DNA of 63,114 nucleotides, counting the filler, from Craspedostauros australis (taxonomy: Eukaryota), in the NCBI GenBank assembly GCA_030167865.1. It is 10 parts of 10 records of this genome, joined end to end, with 100 filler letters (N's around TTAATTAATTAA, not from the genome) between each part and the next. Parts side by side here need not be neighbours in the genome. Positions count along the whole stretch, not along the records: positions 20,795 to 32,469 come from JALAGF010004805.1; positions 32,570 to 38,657 come from JALAGF010004806.1; 8 more parts are not named here. One strand, 5' to 3'. The position numbers and the translations under genes are program-made. Below the pieces are notes generated by a model that did no database searches, was not told the origin of the DNA, and was given only the letters and a program-made list of their open reading frames with translations. Positions 20,969-33,289 of this stretch are shown here, piece after piece (position 1 is the stretch's first letter; each line of letters opens with the position of its first letter).

Positions 20969-22630
20969 GTGGTCACAACAAACGAACAACCGCGTAAAGT
21001 ATGCAACCGTTGTGGATCANNNNNNNNNNNNNNNNNNNNNNNNNNNNNNNNNNNNNNNNNNNNNNNNNNNNNNNNNNNNNNNNNNNNNNNNNNNNNNNNN
21101 NNNNNNNNNNNNNNNNNNNNNGCGCCGGGATTCGCCAACGAAATTGTTAACTACATGGCTCACAAAGTGCGTGCAAAAGTTCAATTCCGACAAATCGCCT
21201 TTTATCAATCCACACTCAATGACAAGCCTGAAAGAGCCTATGTGGTACTCGACCATAAGCAAAAAATTCTACCGACAGGCCAAAGCGAAGCCCAACAAGA
21301 ATATTGGGGGAAGAAGGGAATGTCACTGCTTGGGGCGATGGTCATCACGTGTCGCAACGACGTTTTTACTTATCAGTTCATCGACATTGTGGTCGGCGGA
21401 AGACCGACACAAGACACACTTCAAGTTGGTGGACTACTTGACATCCTGCAAAAAACGGTCAAAGACATTCNNNNNNNNNNNNNNNNNNNNNNNNNNNNNN
21501 NNNNNNNNNNNNNNNNNNNNNNNNNNNNNGAGCACATCGCGCTCATCACATCGGTACTCAACAAGAACCTTGCGACACGAAAGGCGGCCAAAATCATCGC
21601 ATGGATTTACACGGAGGCCCAAACCGGTAAGAGCATGCTGGACACCCACTTTGCGTACATCACACGTGTACTGCGGAAATACGTGCAAAGTGGCAAGGAC
21701 ATCAAGACCCCGTTCCAACTCTTCCTTGCACTGAAAGCAGGTGACATCGCGGGTACCACCACGGTACTGGTTAACGCAGAGACCCTCCAAGGCAACATCA
21801 CCGCGCTTCCTGGCGCACCAAAACGACGATTCCGCGCGAACGGACAACAGGTACGTCAAACTCACGAGGTGAAGTATGACGATGACCAGGCGCGGTTGGT
21901 GGCTGCATCTGGCATCACGGAAGACGTCGTTGTGAAGAGCGCTGAATGGGAGGGCTGGATCATCAACCAGCTGGGCGTTGTCGATGTTCACACACACAAG
22001 TCCGACAAGCTGCCGATAACGTCCGAATTGTTCAGGAAGACGGACAAGACGCGAAAACTCGGGCGCACAGCGGCGGAGAGCAAGGCAATTGTGTTCGGCA
22101 AAGTCCTCCAAGTCGCACAACGATGTCTGCCGTCCGACAACACCGCGGAGTTGAAGGACAAGACCGCCGAAACTGAACACCCACCACTCGCAGTGCCAGG
22201 CTGGGCGAGCAAAACCGTACGGATCAACGCGAAACTACCAGACTACATCGCGGACAAATTGAAGGACATCAGTGAAGCGTCTGCGAAGGACCCGAAAAAC
22301 AGACCATCCGAACACGAAGCACACGAACAATTGATGAACGACAACAGCACCAAAACTGACTGGTACGTACAACTGCACGCAAATCCCATGCGCGTGAAAG
22401 CGTCGCTGTCTGCAGCGTACAACGCAAACAACGCAAGGACAAGAAGCAGGCCGCTCTCATCAAGGCGGAAACCAACACCAACACCAACCCAACAAGCAAA
22501 GCAGCAGCATCTGAAATCGTCGCGATCCACAATGCGCCAGCTGCAACAGAGGAGGAACGAAGAGAAGAAGCGTTGCGGAGAGAGGAAGAGGAATTGGAGA
22601 ATCAGAGGTGGTGTGATGCTCACACAGTGA
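20969..22630 (+). CDS. DDD transposase, Sola3-like (gapped, partial)
   Basis: VLDHKQKILP..EAQQEYWGKKGMSLLG and YTEAQTGKSMLDTHF resemble Sola3 motifs as I recall them (D.AMK.LP..E.Q..WFGK.G.S; E.Q.GK..CD); the middle Asp would fall in the N gap. Confidence 0.65.
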   Translation: MVTTNEQPRKVCNRCGSXXXXXXXXXXXXXXXXXXXXXXXXXXXXXXXXXXAPGFANEIVNYMAHKVRAKVQFRQIAFYQSTLNDKPERAYVVLDHKQKILPTGQSEAQQEYWGKKGMSLLGAMVITCRNDVFTYQFIDIVVGGRPTQDTLQVGGLLDILQKTVKDIXXXXXXXXXXXXXXXXXXXXEHIALITSVLNKNLATRKAAKIIAWIYTEAQTGKSMLDTHFAYITRVLRKYVQSGKDIKTPFQLFLALKAGDIAGTTTVLVNAETLQGNITALPGAPKRRFRANGQQVRQTHEVKYDDDQARLVAASGITEDVVVKSAEWEGWIINQLGVVDVHTHKSDKLPITSELFRKTDKTRKLGRTAAESKAIVFGKVLQVAQRCLPSDNTAELKDKTAETEHPPLAVPGWASKTVRINAKLPDYIADKLKDISEASAKDPKNRPSEHEAHEQLMNDNSTKTDWYVQLHANPMRVKASLSAAYNANNARTRSRPLSSRRKPTPTPTQQAKQQHLKSSRSTMRQLQQRRNEEKKRCGERKRNWRIRGGVMLTQ

Positions 22631-22699
22631 AGATGAATGCAGAAAGTGAAGCTGTGTTGGATGATGATGGCACGAAAATTGTGTGAGGGGTGTGCATCG

Positions 22700-24214
22700 C
22701 CGCGATAACACGAGTTGTGGAGTTTCGTGGGTGCCCGGTCAGGCTACTAAAACGAGTCTAGAGGGCGTCCAAAAAGCACATCCAATATCTGCTTATCATG
22801 CTATATCTCAACAACATATCGCTTAAAATAAAAACTAAACATTGCATTCTGACGCCTGACTATTGTTTAATCAGAATATCGAAGTTAAATGAGTATAGGA
22901 AATATGTTGGTAGTCATGTTGGTTTGCTGTGTTTTGTGTGGTGGATTCGAGAAAAAATTGTTGATGCCACAATGTTGCCCTCCAATGAGCACACATGATC
23001 ATCATGATCATCCTTGTATTTCAGAAAACTTTGCATACCATTCGCTCTGCATACCCCCCAGCTATCCACTCCATGAAGGATGGCCACAGATATCGGCTCT
23101 GCATGCAGCAATGCATCCACACACTGAAACAGAGCATTTTCGAAAAATCATTTTCTATTTGGATGCAGTTCAGATATGGATCCATCTCTCATCCATACAA
23201 TCCTTGCAGCCCCTCCTTGTGCCCCTCGTGAATTACCACACTCCATGGCGACACGCGGATGTATCCAGAATGGGCTGGGAGTGCATGGCCGACGTGATAC
23301 ACCTCCATGTGATGATGTGCTGGTGGATTTTTTGCTCCCACCAAACATGACCATTCCGCAGATATGGTCGGCTGCAGCGTCTTCCAGACAACTTGAGCAG
23401 AGCATGCTTCACGACGTGCATCTTCAATTGATGTCGCACGCATCTTGTATGGGTGGCTTCACGATTGAGGGGCGTCGTCCCATCGCCCCTCACCGCCAAA
23501 GCCACGCGACCAGTGCTGGGCGAGCCCCAACCAAAACTCCTCAAAACCACCTTTGCCTCCGCGCGGACACCTTCCCGGTGCTCCGCGAGCCTCGAACTTC
23601 GAGGGTGCCTTCATCTTGGCCTCCTTGAGGCATCTTGCGCATCCATAGGCGCTGATATGACCTGTGTGTGCCACACACAGGCCAAAACCAACCAGCCGAT
23701 TTGGAGCCAAATTGTGATCGTATTTCTGGGGCCTACGACGGCCCCAAATCAACCCCTCTTCCCGCCTCCGTTCGTCCACCCACCAAACGTTGCGTGGAGA
23801 TGACGGCGATGTGCTTGGATCTTGAATTGGCCGGCTGGTTGTTGCGGCGCCAAGCATACCGTTCGACGGCCATTGTGGTATTTTTTTTGGTGTTGCTCCA
23901 CTTCCATGTTGGTGTGTCGAGTTCGCCACTCTCGACCAGCCTCACATGTTGGGGGATGTGGAGATTTGCCTCCAATTGTACCGACTGTCCAAAAAGACCA
24001 CGACACAAAACACTCGAGGAGTACCAACCCCACTCAACCACTTCGCCACGACGAAGCAGACCTGATGATTTTCCGCATCGTGATATGATTGGTGTTTCAT
24101 GACGAAGTATCCAGTTTCGTGACGTCGATGACGGATTGGACAAGCACAATGTGCAATTCACGTAAACACCCGTTCGCCGCTACCCCCAACATACTACAAC
24201 TAGTGCTATCGTGG
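22700..24214. mobile_element. Candidate non-autonomous DNA element bounded by imperfect 19-bp inverted repeats
   Basis: CCGCGATAACACGAGTTGT at 22700 vs reverse complement CCACGATAGCACTAGTTGT at 24196-24214; no clear TSD. Confidence 0.5.
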
Positions 24215-24544
24215 AGGGACTGTTGGATGGCCTCATCCGAACACCTGAAAAAAAGAGACTAAACAATTCAAAATCGGAACACAGTCGCTGAAACAAAGAA
24301 CAGCAAAGGGTTAAATTGGATCGATGTAGTCGGATGTCAAAGGCTGAAACCCGAAAGAGATCGAAAATTGCGCATATCCATTGGTCCATAAAACTTAAAA
24401 TAGGATCTGATTCAAAAATGTAATGGTTAATTATTTGTATTAGACCTACAAGGATTACGAATATGTGCTTGGTTAGTATGTAGGAGAGAAAATTTCTGGA
24501 GGTCCGTTTCAAACGAGTGGTCGACTCACTCGGGGGGCTCTTAA
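24215..24544 (+). mobile_element. Putative right terminus of the Sola3-like element (..GGGGGCTC followed by TTAA)
   Basis: AT-rich subterminal tract ending in CTC at 24540, TTAA at 24541-24544; matches the GAG..CTC termini and TTAA target described for Sola3. Confidence 0.5.
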
Positions 24545-25491
24545 ATGCACTTGAGTGAACGAAGGTGCAGTCGCGCCTAGTCGTGACTCAGATTTTCATA
24601 AAATTTAACATGGCATATAAAAACAAAATCTAGACCATCGTGCGATCTTATCCATATAAAAATGGTCTTCATCCGACCTTTGCTTCAAGAGTTATACGCC
24701 CTTTTCTACCACGCACAACGCCGTGTTATTTTTCCTCCTCATTTTTCGGAAATGGGTCTTGGTTGTTCGTGACTTACTATTTTCGATGGTGTCTTTGCGG
24801 TTAATTACGGTTATATTTTGGCGATATGCACCTCGTCAGCGTTTCTTCCTATCGCAACGTCACTATCTTGATCTATTCATGATGGGCATTTCATTTCGCT
24901 ATTCTCTGGTTTCCGCGCTTGGTAGTCTCGCTTCTCCTGCTGCTTCTTGTGCATGTGAATTGCCTTGTTCGTCACAGGCTACGTGCTCATCGTCGTCATT
25001 CCGTTTGTCTACAACCCTCCATTGGTATCATCCATGCCATCGACAAAAATAACCAGAGTGATCTATCCAATTCAACTATCATCTGCATTTTCAACTTGTT
25101 CATGAAGATCTACATCACTCATTCTGTTTTTGACGACGGCTACCCCAGACTGCACACAAAGGTACTACTCCTATTTCTTGACGGACATGGCGTTCTCCGT
25201 CATGCATTCGATGGCCACGATGATGTTGACAGCGACGATGGTGTTGATTGTGGCAGTGTTGACATAGACAACCGTGATGACGCCCAGGATAGCGTTGTCA
25301 GTGGCTATGGTCACTGCTATGGCAATGAAGCTGGTGGTGCTACCCACAGCGATGCTACCGTCAAGGACGATGGTGGTGATGGCAACAAAGATAGTGATGG
25401 GGAAAGCAACCCGAATGATTCCTTCATGGAAGGCAATGGTGATGGCAATGAAGGTGGTGTTGGCAAGAGAAACGATGGTGATGATGGGAGG

Positions 25492-25653
25492 TGACAGCTT
25501 TCTCTGCACTTTTTACCTCTATACTAATCATATTTGTCAAAATACTGGTGGGAGATTGTCCTCGGACAACTCACAATAAAAGAACAAGAGCTCTGACCAG
25601 GGCATGCAACAATGGGCTGATACGTCTCCAGTAGTTACTTGTGCACTTTGACA
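25492..25653 (+). repeat. 5' LTR (162 bp, TG..CA)
   Basis: Aligns to 31142-31304 with ~21 differences by manual count; contains AATAAA. Confidence 0.9.
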
Positions 25654-25663
25654 GATTAAGAGT
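25654..25663 (+). promoter_or_regulatory. Primer-binding site GATTAAGAGT
   Basis: Immediately follows the 5' LTR; complementary to ACUCUUAAUC, the tRNA-Lys(CUU) anticodon loop region. Confidence 0.65.
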
Positions 25664-28600
25664 TGTGGTTTACCAACAAGCTTATCACCTTTACAACATC
25701 GACCACCACGGCGAGACCGATCAACAACCGAGCTTTGACAGCCGTAACCAAGGAACTTGCTGACCTCGATGACAAAGAAATGGAGGTCATCAACAAGCAA
25801 CTCAGAAGGATCGAACATGCCATCAAGAGTCCAGACAAAAAACATCATCCAAGCGCTGGCTCTCTCACCAACACTCACCTCGATCGACATTGAGAACATC
25901 CTTCGCATCTTCGCTTTCGCGAAAGAACGGCAAATCGACCAAGCAACCGATTGGGCAGCCATCAACGAGCTCACTAGAACAACCGGGTATGAGGTACCAA
26001 CCATCAAGACTCCCATCGCCAGCAAGGCAACCCAGATGCGATTGGAACTCGCAATGAAGTAAGCCGCCAATCGTGAACTTGCCGAGGCGATGAGCCGCGA
26101 GGTTGTGGTACACTCACCAAGGCGCCCACCGGAAGTACGCTGATTGCCATCAATGCCAACCGGATGGAAGTATGACAAAGTCACCCTGCTAGAGGTGGAG
26201 CCATTCAGCGGACTAAACATCGACTGGTATCCATGGAAAACCGACTTCACTCATCAACTGGTCACAACCAGATACGCGGGTTACCTGAAGGAGGAGCAGC
26301 CAGCCGACTACTGCAAAGACGTTGGCAGACAGTTCTACGCCGTCCTCAACTCCAAGACCAATGAGGAGCATGCGAACTACGTCGTCCTTGTGCACAGGGA
26401 TCAGGGGCATGCAGCTTTCCAGGCCCTCGTCCGCACGTACGAGTTCACAGAGAACAGGGCCGACATCGTGGCCGCCAAGGAGGACAGATCTGGACCATTC
26501 AGCGCGTTCGTCAATGACTTCTCCATGTCTGTTCAGGCAATAGAAGACAGCAGAAAGGCAATGAATGACAAGCAGAACATTGCGAGCTTCTTCTGCAACA
26601 TCCACGACAAGCGATTCACCAGTACGGTCTCTCGCCTCCAAGAGATGGACGAATCCTTCAATTGGGCCCACGAGGCTCTCATGAATCATGACAAGGTCCT
26701 CTTCAATGCGGAGATCGACAGATCTCCTCAGCACAATCGACGCGCACACCAGAAGGATGGGCGAACGGACCGCAAGCGACCATATGAAGCTACATCCGGG
26801 GATCGCAAGAAACCGGCGATGTACCGACTACCGGACGTTGTATTCCGTAGCCTTCCCACCCCTGCACAAGTGCTCGTGGTGGAATCCTTGCGTCACTTCC
26901 GCAAGACAGGAGAACTTGTCAGCGAGGAGACGCTCAAGCGCAACAAACCCGCTGAGTTCGCCTGGACCCAGGAGCAGCACGTTCAGCCCAAACCCAACAA
27001 GCGCGCCAGATTTGGCAACAAGATCAATCGAACCAAGAAGTACAGACCATGTGACAATGGCTCCTGACAACCAACAACAGGCACTTCGCGCCGGCAGTTG
27101 GAGGTCGTCACATGCATCAAGGACCAAGACAGTTTGGACTTGACGCAAAAGGCCATAGAGAGCGGGCCAGGGCATACGACCCTGGATACGCTACGAGAGT
27201 CGCGTCCAAGAAGCGCCGACCTGCATACAGTGCACACAATTCGACGGGCAAGAGTAACGAATAGTAGCCACGGCTATATCATTCTAGACTCAGGCGCGGA
27301 TGGTGACATTGTTCATGCGTCTGGATGGGTGGTAACCTGAAATAACCAGCAACAGTTCCACCCCGAGGGGCGACAGTGGACTCGCAAATCGAGACGTTTC
27401 CGTTGGTTGACTCAGTGGCAGCGTACGAGCCGCCAGAAGGCGGAGTGATCCTCATCAAGGCACATTATGTGGCTCTCGACAAGCATCCATGGCAGATGGA
27501 GTCGATGTTCAATACACACCACATGCGCGCGTCCGACATCAGCGTCTGCGATTGGCTTCGACAACACGATGGGCAGCAACGGGTATCGTCTGGCGACATC
27601 AGCATCCCGCTGGCCGATCACAACAGCAATACCCTGCGCATCCCAATTCATAAATCGACACCTCGCGAGCTAGCACAAACTAAGCATAATACTATATGCG
27701 ACAGACACAGACACCTTTGGCGATCCCACACCAGTGTTGACTTCAACGAGGTCTTCTGGCATCTCCCACAACAGGTGGTCGAGAAAACGAAAGCAGCATC
27801 GACCCAGCTGGCCGATACTCCCATCGAGGCGGAGTCAAGACTCATCCCGAGGCAGTACCATGCACAGCGAGCGGGCGCGCTACAGCAACACTGAATCAAG
27901 GGCAGAGTGGACACCGATCCATTCTTCTCCACGGTCCCATCCATTCAACACTACAAGTGCTTCCAGCTATTCACACACAATGAGTCCAAGTTCATCTGGG
28001 CCAAGCCGCTCTGACGAGAGGCAATGGCGCCAGGGGCGCTCACCGATTTCATCGTGCAGGTCAGGGCACCTGACATACTCATCTCGGACTACTCCCAGGT
28101 CGAAGCCGGCAAGGCATGGAAGGCCGTGACGATGAGGTACATGATCAAGCACTCCTTCACTGCTCCCATGAATCAGAATCAGAACCAAGCAGAGCAGGCG
28201 ATCGGCGACATCAAGCGCCATGCATGCAAGTTGCTTTAGGTGGCATCCGTGCCTCTAACCTTTTGGTGCGACACGGTGCAACACGCCATCGACTTACGGA
28301 ATTACATGGCAAAGGAGAGCATCCAGTGGAAGAATCCCATCAAGCTGCTCCGAGGGAACACTCCAGACATCTCCATGTTCAGGTTCACGTTCTTTCAACC
28401 GGTCTGATATTTCGAGCCAATGACCAAATTTCCACATCACCCATTCAAGCCAGGATACTTCCTGGGAATCGCATGGGATCATGGAGACCCTTTCACCTAC
28501 ACATCTGGTCATTGCGAGGCGACGACATAACCAAAGGCACCGCCTTGGTACAGAACATTGTGGAACCATGAATTGCAGAAGACGCAAGCACTCCGCAAAT

Positions 28601-31141
28601 CACGGACAAGGAAGTTCAGCGCATCGCACGCCTCGATCTCATACACACTACTACCAGAGACAACTTGGGGCAACGAGCGCGAACCAAGACGATGCCAGTG
28701 CAACTCGCTGGACAGGTCCGTGAGGCCATCGATGCGATTCCCGTACGGTCGGGGGCGGCTGCTCGCATTCCTGAGGAGGGACCACTGGAGGTCAGGGGCA
28801 TCATGGTCAACGAAAATGCTATTCCGCATGACGACTGATGGTTTGGTCAGCAGAATGTCCTCATTGACGACAACGACAACCACAACAGCGAGCCTACGAG
28901 CATGATATCCGATGGCAAAGGGGAAGACAAGCTCTCAACAGCGGACATCTCGAGAGAATCCAATGACTATGAAGCAGTGAGGATTCCAGATCCTCCCCAG
29001 CAGCGGATTCTGGGGCGTATCGACACTCTGGCTGAGCGCGAGCATGATGAGATGTTCCAAAATGAGATTACAAAAGACGATGCGAATAAAAGCAAATACA
29101 TCCATCGAAGGCCACTCATTCCGCAACGGTCACCTTCACCTCAATGTGAAATGGGACAACGATGAAACGCAATGGTTCCGATACGACATCCTGAGGGCAG
29201 ACCATCCCGAGCTCGTGGCACGATACATCATCGCCAACAAACCGGAAAGGCACGACAAGCACAATTGACAGTCAACGACAATACTGAAATGGACAAAACA
29301 TGCCGTTCGCGCGATACGCAGATGCATGCGACGAATCGAACGCACACACATCTTCACAGTTGACGACAACGACAGCATCGCCATCCTGAGGCACATACGA
29401 CCAGGAAAGAAGAAGCCAAAAAAGGACTTCTTTGCTACAGTATTCCAATACGGTGTGGAAGTGCCACGCAGCATGAAGCGCGCACTCCAACTCGACGAAG
29501 CAAACGGCAACTCATTGTGGAAGGACGCAGCAAAGAAAGAGATCGACGCTCTGATCGACCTTGATTGATTCGAATTCCATCCATCAACTCACTGACCTTC
29601 ATTGGACTATCAGAGCACCAAGCTCCAGCTCATCTTCGCAGAAAAGTAGGATCTGTGGCGCAAGGGGCGGCTGGTAGCCGGCGGTCATCTCATCGAACTC
29701 GCTGATGACATCAGACTTTACTCATCAACCGCCAAATCAACCAGTGTACGGATACTCGATGTCATCACGGACGCAAACAAGCTGAAGCAACTCTGCAGCG
29801 ACGTGGGGAACGTATTTGTCAATGCATACACCAATGAGAAGATATACACGAGGGCAGGAAAAGAGTTCAATCACAGAGAGGGTCAGACAATCATACTCAG
29901 GAAGGCATTGTATGGACTCCAATCAAGCGTGCATAGATTCCATGCTCACTTTGCAAATACACTCTCATCCATGGGGTTCTCTCCATCACAGCATGACCTG
30001 GATGTATGGATCAAGCAGAGGGACAACACTGGATATGACTACATATGCATGCATGTCAATGACTTCAAGATCGTGGCAAAAGAACTGGATCAATACATGA
30101 AGTCCATCCAGCAAGTCTACACCATTAAAAACACTGGACCACCCAAATACTATCTGGGAAACGACTATTCCAGGAATGCGAAAGGCAAATGGAGCGTCGG
30201 ATGCGACAAATACATCACGAACGCGCTGGGCACAGTCGAGCAGCAGCATGGAACACTTCATGACCAGTATGTTCCCATGCAGAACAAGGACCATCCCAAA
30301 ACGGATGACTCCGAACTACTCACACCAGACAAACACCAACAGTTCCAGCAGCTCATCGGCATGCTGAACTGGGTCATTCAACTTGGACATTTCGACGTTG
30401 CCTTTGCAACTTCTTCACTCTCTCAATTCACTGCATCACCACGGAAAGGACATCTAGCAAGAGCACTCAAGGTATGGGGCTATCTCAAGAACAAGTCCAC
30501 AATCAGAACGCAAATCGACTCACGACCCATGATTTTCGACAACTTCATTTCAACGTCATCCAACCCAGACTTGGTAGCACAGATGAAGGAGGAATACCAT
30601 GAGGCACAGGAGGACATCGACGACCGATCGCCAAAGATGATCTATCCAGAGCTACCGACATATGCATTTGTTGACGCTGACCACGCGCAGGATCTGGTCA
30701 CACGCCGATCCAACACCAGGATCATCCTTTTCCTCGGCAAGACGCCTATGTACTTCTCGAGCAAGTGACAACCATCAGTCACAATGTCTACATATGGAGC
30801 AGAATTCAACACGATGCGAATAGTGATGGAAGAAATCATTGCACTCCAATATGCACTCCGATCGCTGGGAGTCCGCGTCCAATCACCGACGGTCACATTC
30901 TGCGACAACAATGTGGTGATCTCGAACACGACAATCGCAGACAGCCTATTGCAAAAGAAGCATGTGGCAATCTCATTCCACCAAGTCTGCAAGGCCGTGG
31001 GAGCCGGAATACTGGTTCCAGTCTACGTCCTGTCAGCTCACAACTTCGCAGACATGCGCACCAAAGCATTGGCGAGGCCCACACTAACACATCTTGTCAC
31101 AACTCTGTTCTATAGGGGGTCTACCTTGAGATCAAGGGGAA

Positions 31142-31304
31142 TGATAGCTGTCTCTGTACCTTCTACCTCTCTACGAATCAGAATAGTCAAAATACTAGTC
31201 GGGGGATTGTCTTCGGACAACTCACAATAAAAGAACAAGAGCTTCGACCAGGGCATGCAACAACAGGCCAATACGTCTACAGTAGTTACTTGTGCACTTT
31301 GACA
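31142..31304 (+). repeat. 3' LTR (163 bp), preceded by purine-rich GAGATCAAGGGGAA (PPT)
   Basis: Direct repeat of 25492-25653. Confidence 0.9.
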
Positions 31305-31365
31305 GCAGGGATGGCAATGGTGACGAGGCAACAGGCGATGGCAACAGCAATGGAAGGGATGGCGA

Positions 31366-32065
31366 TCATCTTGAAAGCCCTGCGATTCGGAGACATCAAA
31401 GGCACCACAATGTTGCTGGTTGATGTTTCCCTATGGAAGGGCAAGTGGCTGGCTCGCTGTATGAGCCCAAGAGCTCGATGGTCTGCAAACGTGCTTGGTG
31501 TTTGCAACACTCACGAGGTTCAATACGAGGATGAGAAAGCTTGGCTAATTGAAGCTTCGAATGTCACCGATGCCAAAATGGTGGAGGAAGAGGCTCGGGA
31601 TCGCTTCATCGTGAACGAACTTGGCGCGACGGTGAAGGAAGACCACGAGCCGTCACGCCGACCAGTACCAGTGGATACACAAAAGGCAAAGATGAGGCGC
31701 AAAGCCCCAGAAAAGTGTGAAACAGAGTGAAGCGATTGTATTCAAAACAGCCCTTTGCAACAGACTCACGGAAACTGCTGAACATGACGCGATGTGGAAG
31801 GATACAACTGCTGCTATGGATCTTCCTCCTGTTGCAACACCGGGTTGTGGTGCAAAGAAGACTCGATCGTTGGAGCCTATCCCTGACTATGTGTTGGCAG
31901 AGCTGAACAAAATCCGCATACTTGCTTGCCATGACTCGAGGAACAGAATGTCGGAGTACGACGCACGCCAACAACTGATGGCGATGGAACGGGTGAAAAT
32001 AGACTGGTACGCTCAACTACAAGTATCACCACTGAGCGCAAAAGCATACCTCACCACGAACTACC
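31366..32065 (+). pseudogene. Remnant of a second Sola3-like transposase (C-terminal half, frameshifted near 31720)
   Basis: ALRFGDIKGTT..THEVQYEDE..AIVF..IPDYVLAEL..NRMSEYDARQQLM..DWYAQL aligns with the 21730-22420 translation. Confidence 0.7.
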
Positions 32066-32469
32066 TTCCACCTCACTCACTCGGCAAACCGATAGCACTA
32101 GTTGTAGAGTTTTTGCTGTTTTTCTGGCCAGAATGACTCGTGTTTGCATGATCCCGGGAGTATAGGCAATGCTCCCAACACTACAGTTTCTAAAACCAAC
32201 GAGTGGCCAGTGGCGTGACTGGTCGCAACTCACAAAACTGAGCAACAGAGGTTTGCGTTGTTGTCGAACACCCATCATCATCTTATGGCATCACACCTGT
32301 CCCCTCTCCACCTCTATTTCCTTGATGCTAATACTTTTTCTAATTCTACTAATAGGCTTCGTTTCCTTCTCCTCGTAGGCGTTGTTGCTGTGGGTCTGTG
32401 TGTTGCCCATTCTGTCATGAGGGTGTTGTAGGCAAAGATACGCTTCGATCTTGGTAATGCTTGCCTGGT

Positions 32470-32569
32470 NNNNNNNNNNNNNNNNNNNNNNNNNNNNNNN
32501 NNNNNNNNNNNNNTTAATTAATTAANNNNNNNNNNNNNNNNNNNNNNNNNNNNNNNNNNNNNNNNNNNN
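32470..32569. other. Artificial contig linker
   Basis: N44-TTAATTAATTAA-N44. Confidence 0.97.
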
Positions 32570-33289
32570 GCATCATCCGCGAAGGCAAATGCACAGCAAG
32601 ACGCCGGAACCTGCCCTCCCAAACCACGACTCCAAATCATCCAATGGCTGTACTAGCTGCACTCAATGTAAAACGGTGTCGCGATAGCACTAGTTGTGGA
32701 GTTTTGGCCCCTTGTTGCCACTGGTTTGCTCGCTTTTGGGAGAATCGGCGATTGGATATTTAGAGCTATTTCGTGTTTGCTCTCGCTGATCCGTCTTCTA
32801 CGTCACAGGGAACGGATTCCACGTCATGAAAAACGAGTCACAACAGAGGAAGAGACATNNNNNNNNNNNNNNNNNNNNNNNNNNNNNNNNNNNNNNNNNN
32901 NNNNNNNNNNNNNNNNNNNNNNNNNNNNNNNNNNNNNNNNNNNNNNNNNNNNNNNNNNNNNNNNNNNNNNNNNNNNNNNNNNNNNNNNNNNNNNNNNNNN
33001 NAAGCGCATTGACGAGCTGTCCGACGCAGACGAAACAGTAGCAGCACAAGCCGCAACCGCTGATGTCTACAATGATGCAGACGATTCCAAATGCGAAGAC
33101 ACATCCTTCCTCACCATCGATCCAAAGGTCATCATTATCGTCAACGATGACGAGCTGGATACCGATGCAGCGAACAGCTGCGAACTGCCAGAGGGGATGG
33201 ATGCCAACAGCATCCAAGAATCGACCATCGCCGACACGTTCTGTGGTTCCGCGAACTACACCGCCAACCATCGCAACACCCTGGCTGCA

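Larger units (their letters stand above)
25492..31304 (+). mobile_element. Complete but decayed Ty1/Copia element (CoDi-I-like, chromodomain-bearing)
   Basis: Paired LTRs, PBS, PPT, near-TSD GGAGG/GCAGG; gag 25663-27067, protease YIILDSGAD, integrase (VDTDPFF..SDYSQVE..NQNQAE), RT (RKGRLVAGGH..KALYGLQSS..HVNDF), RNase H (FVDADHA..STYGAEF..CDN..ADMRTK); many stops and frameshifts. Confidence 0.92.

Noticed and set aside
24919..25494. Asp/Gly-rich 191-aa ORF
   Set aside because: Product of a GAT/GGC low-complexity tract that continues after the LTR element; no coding evidence.
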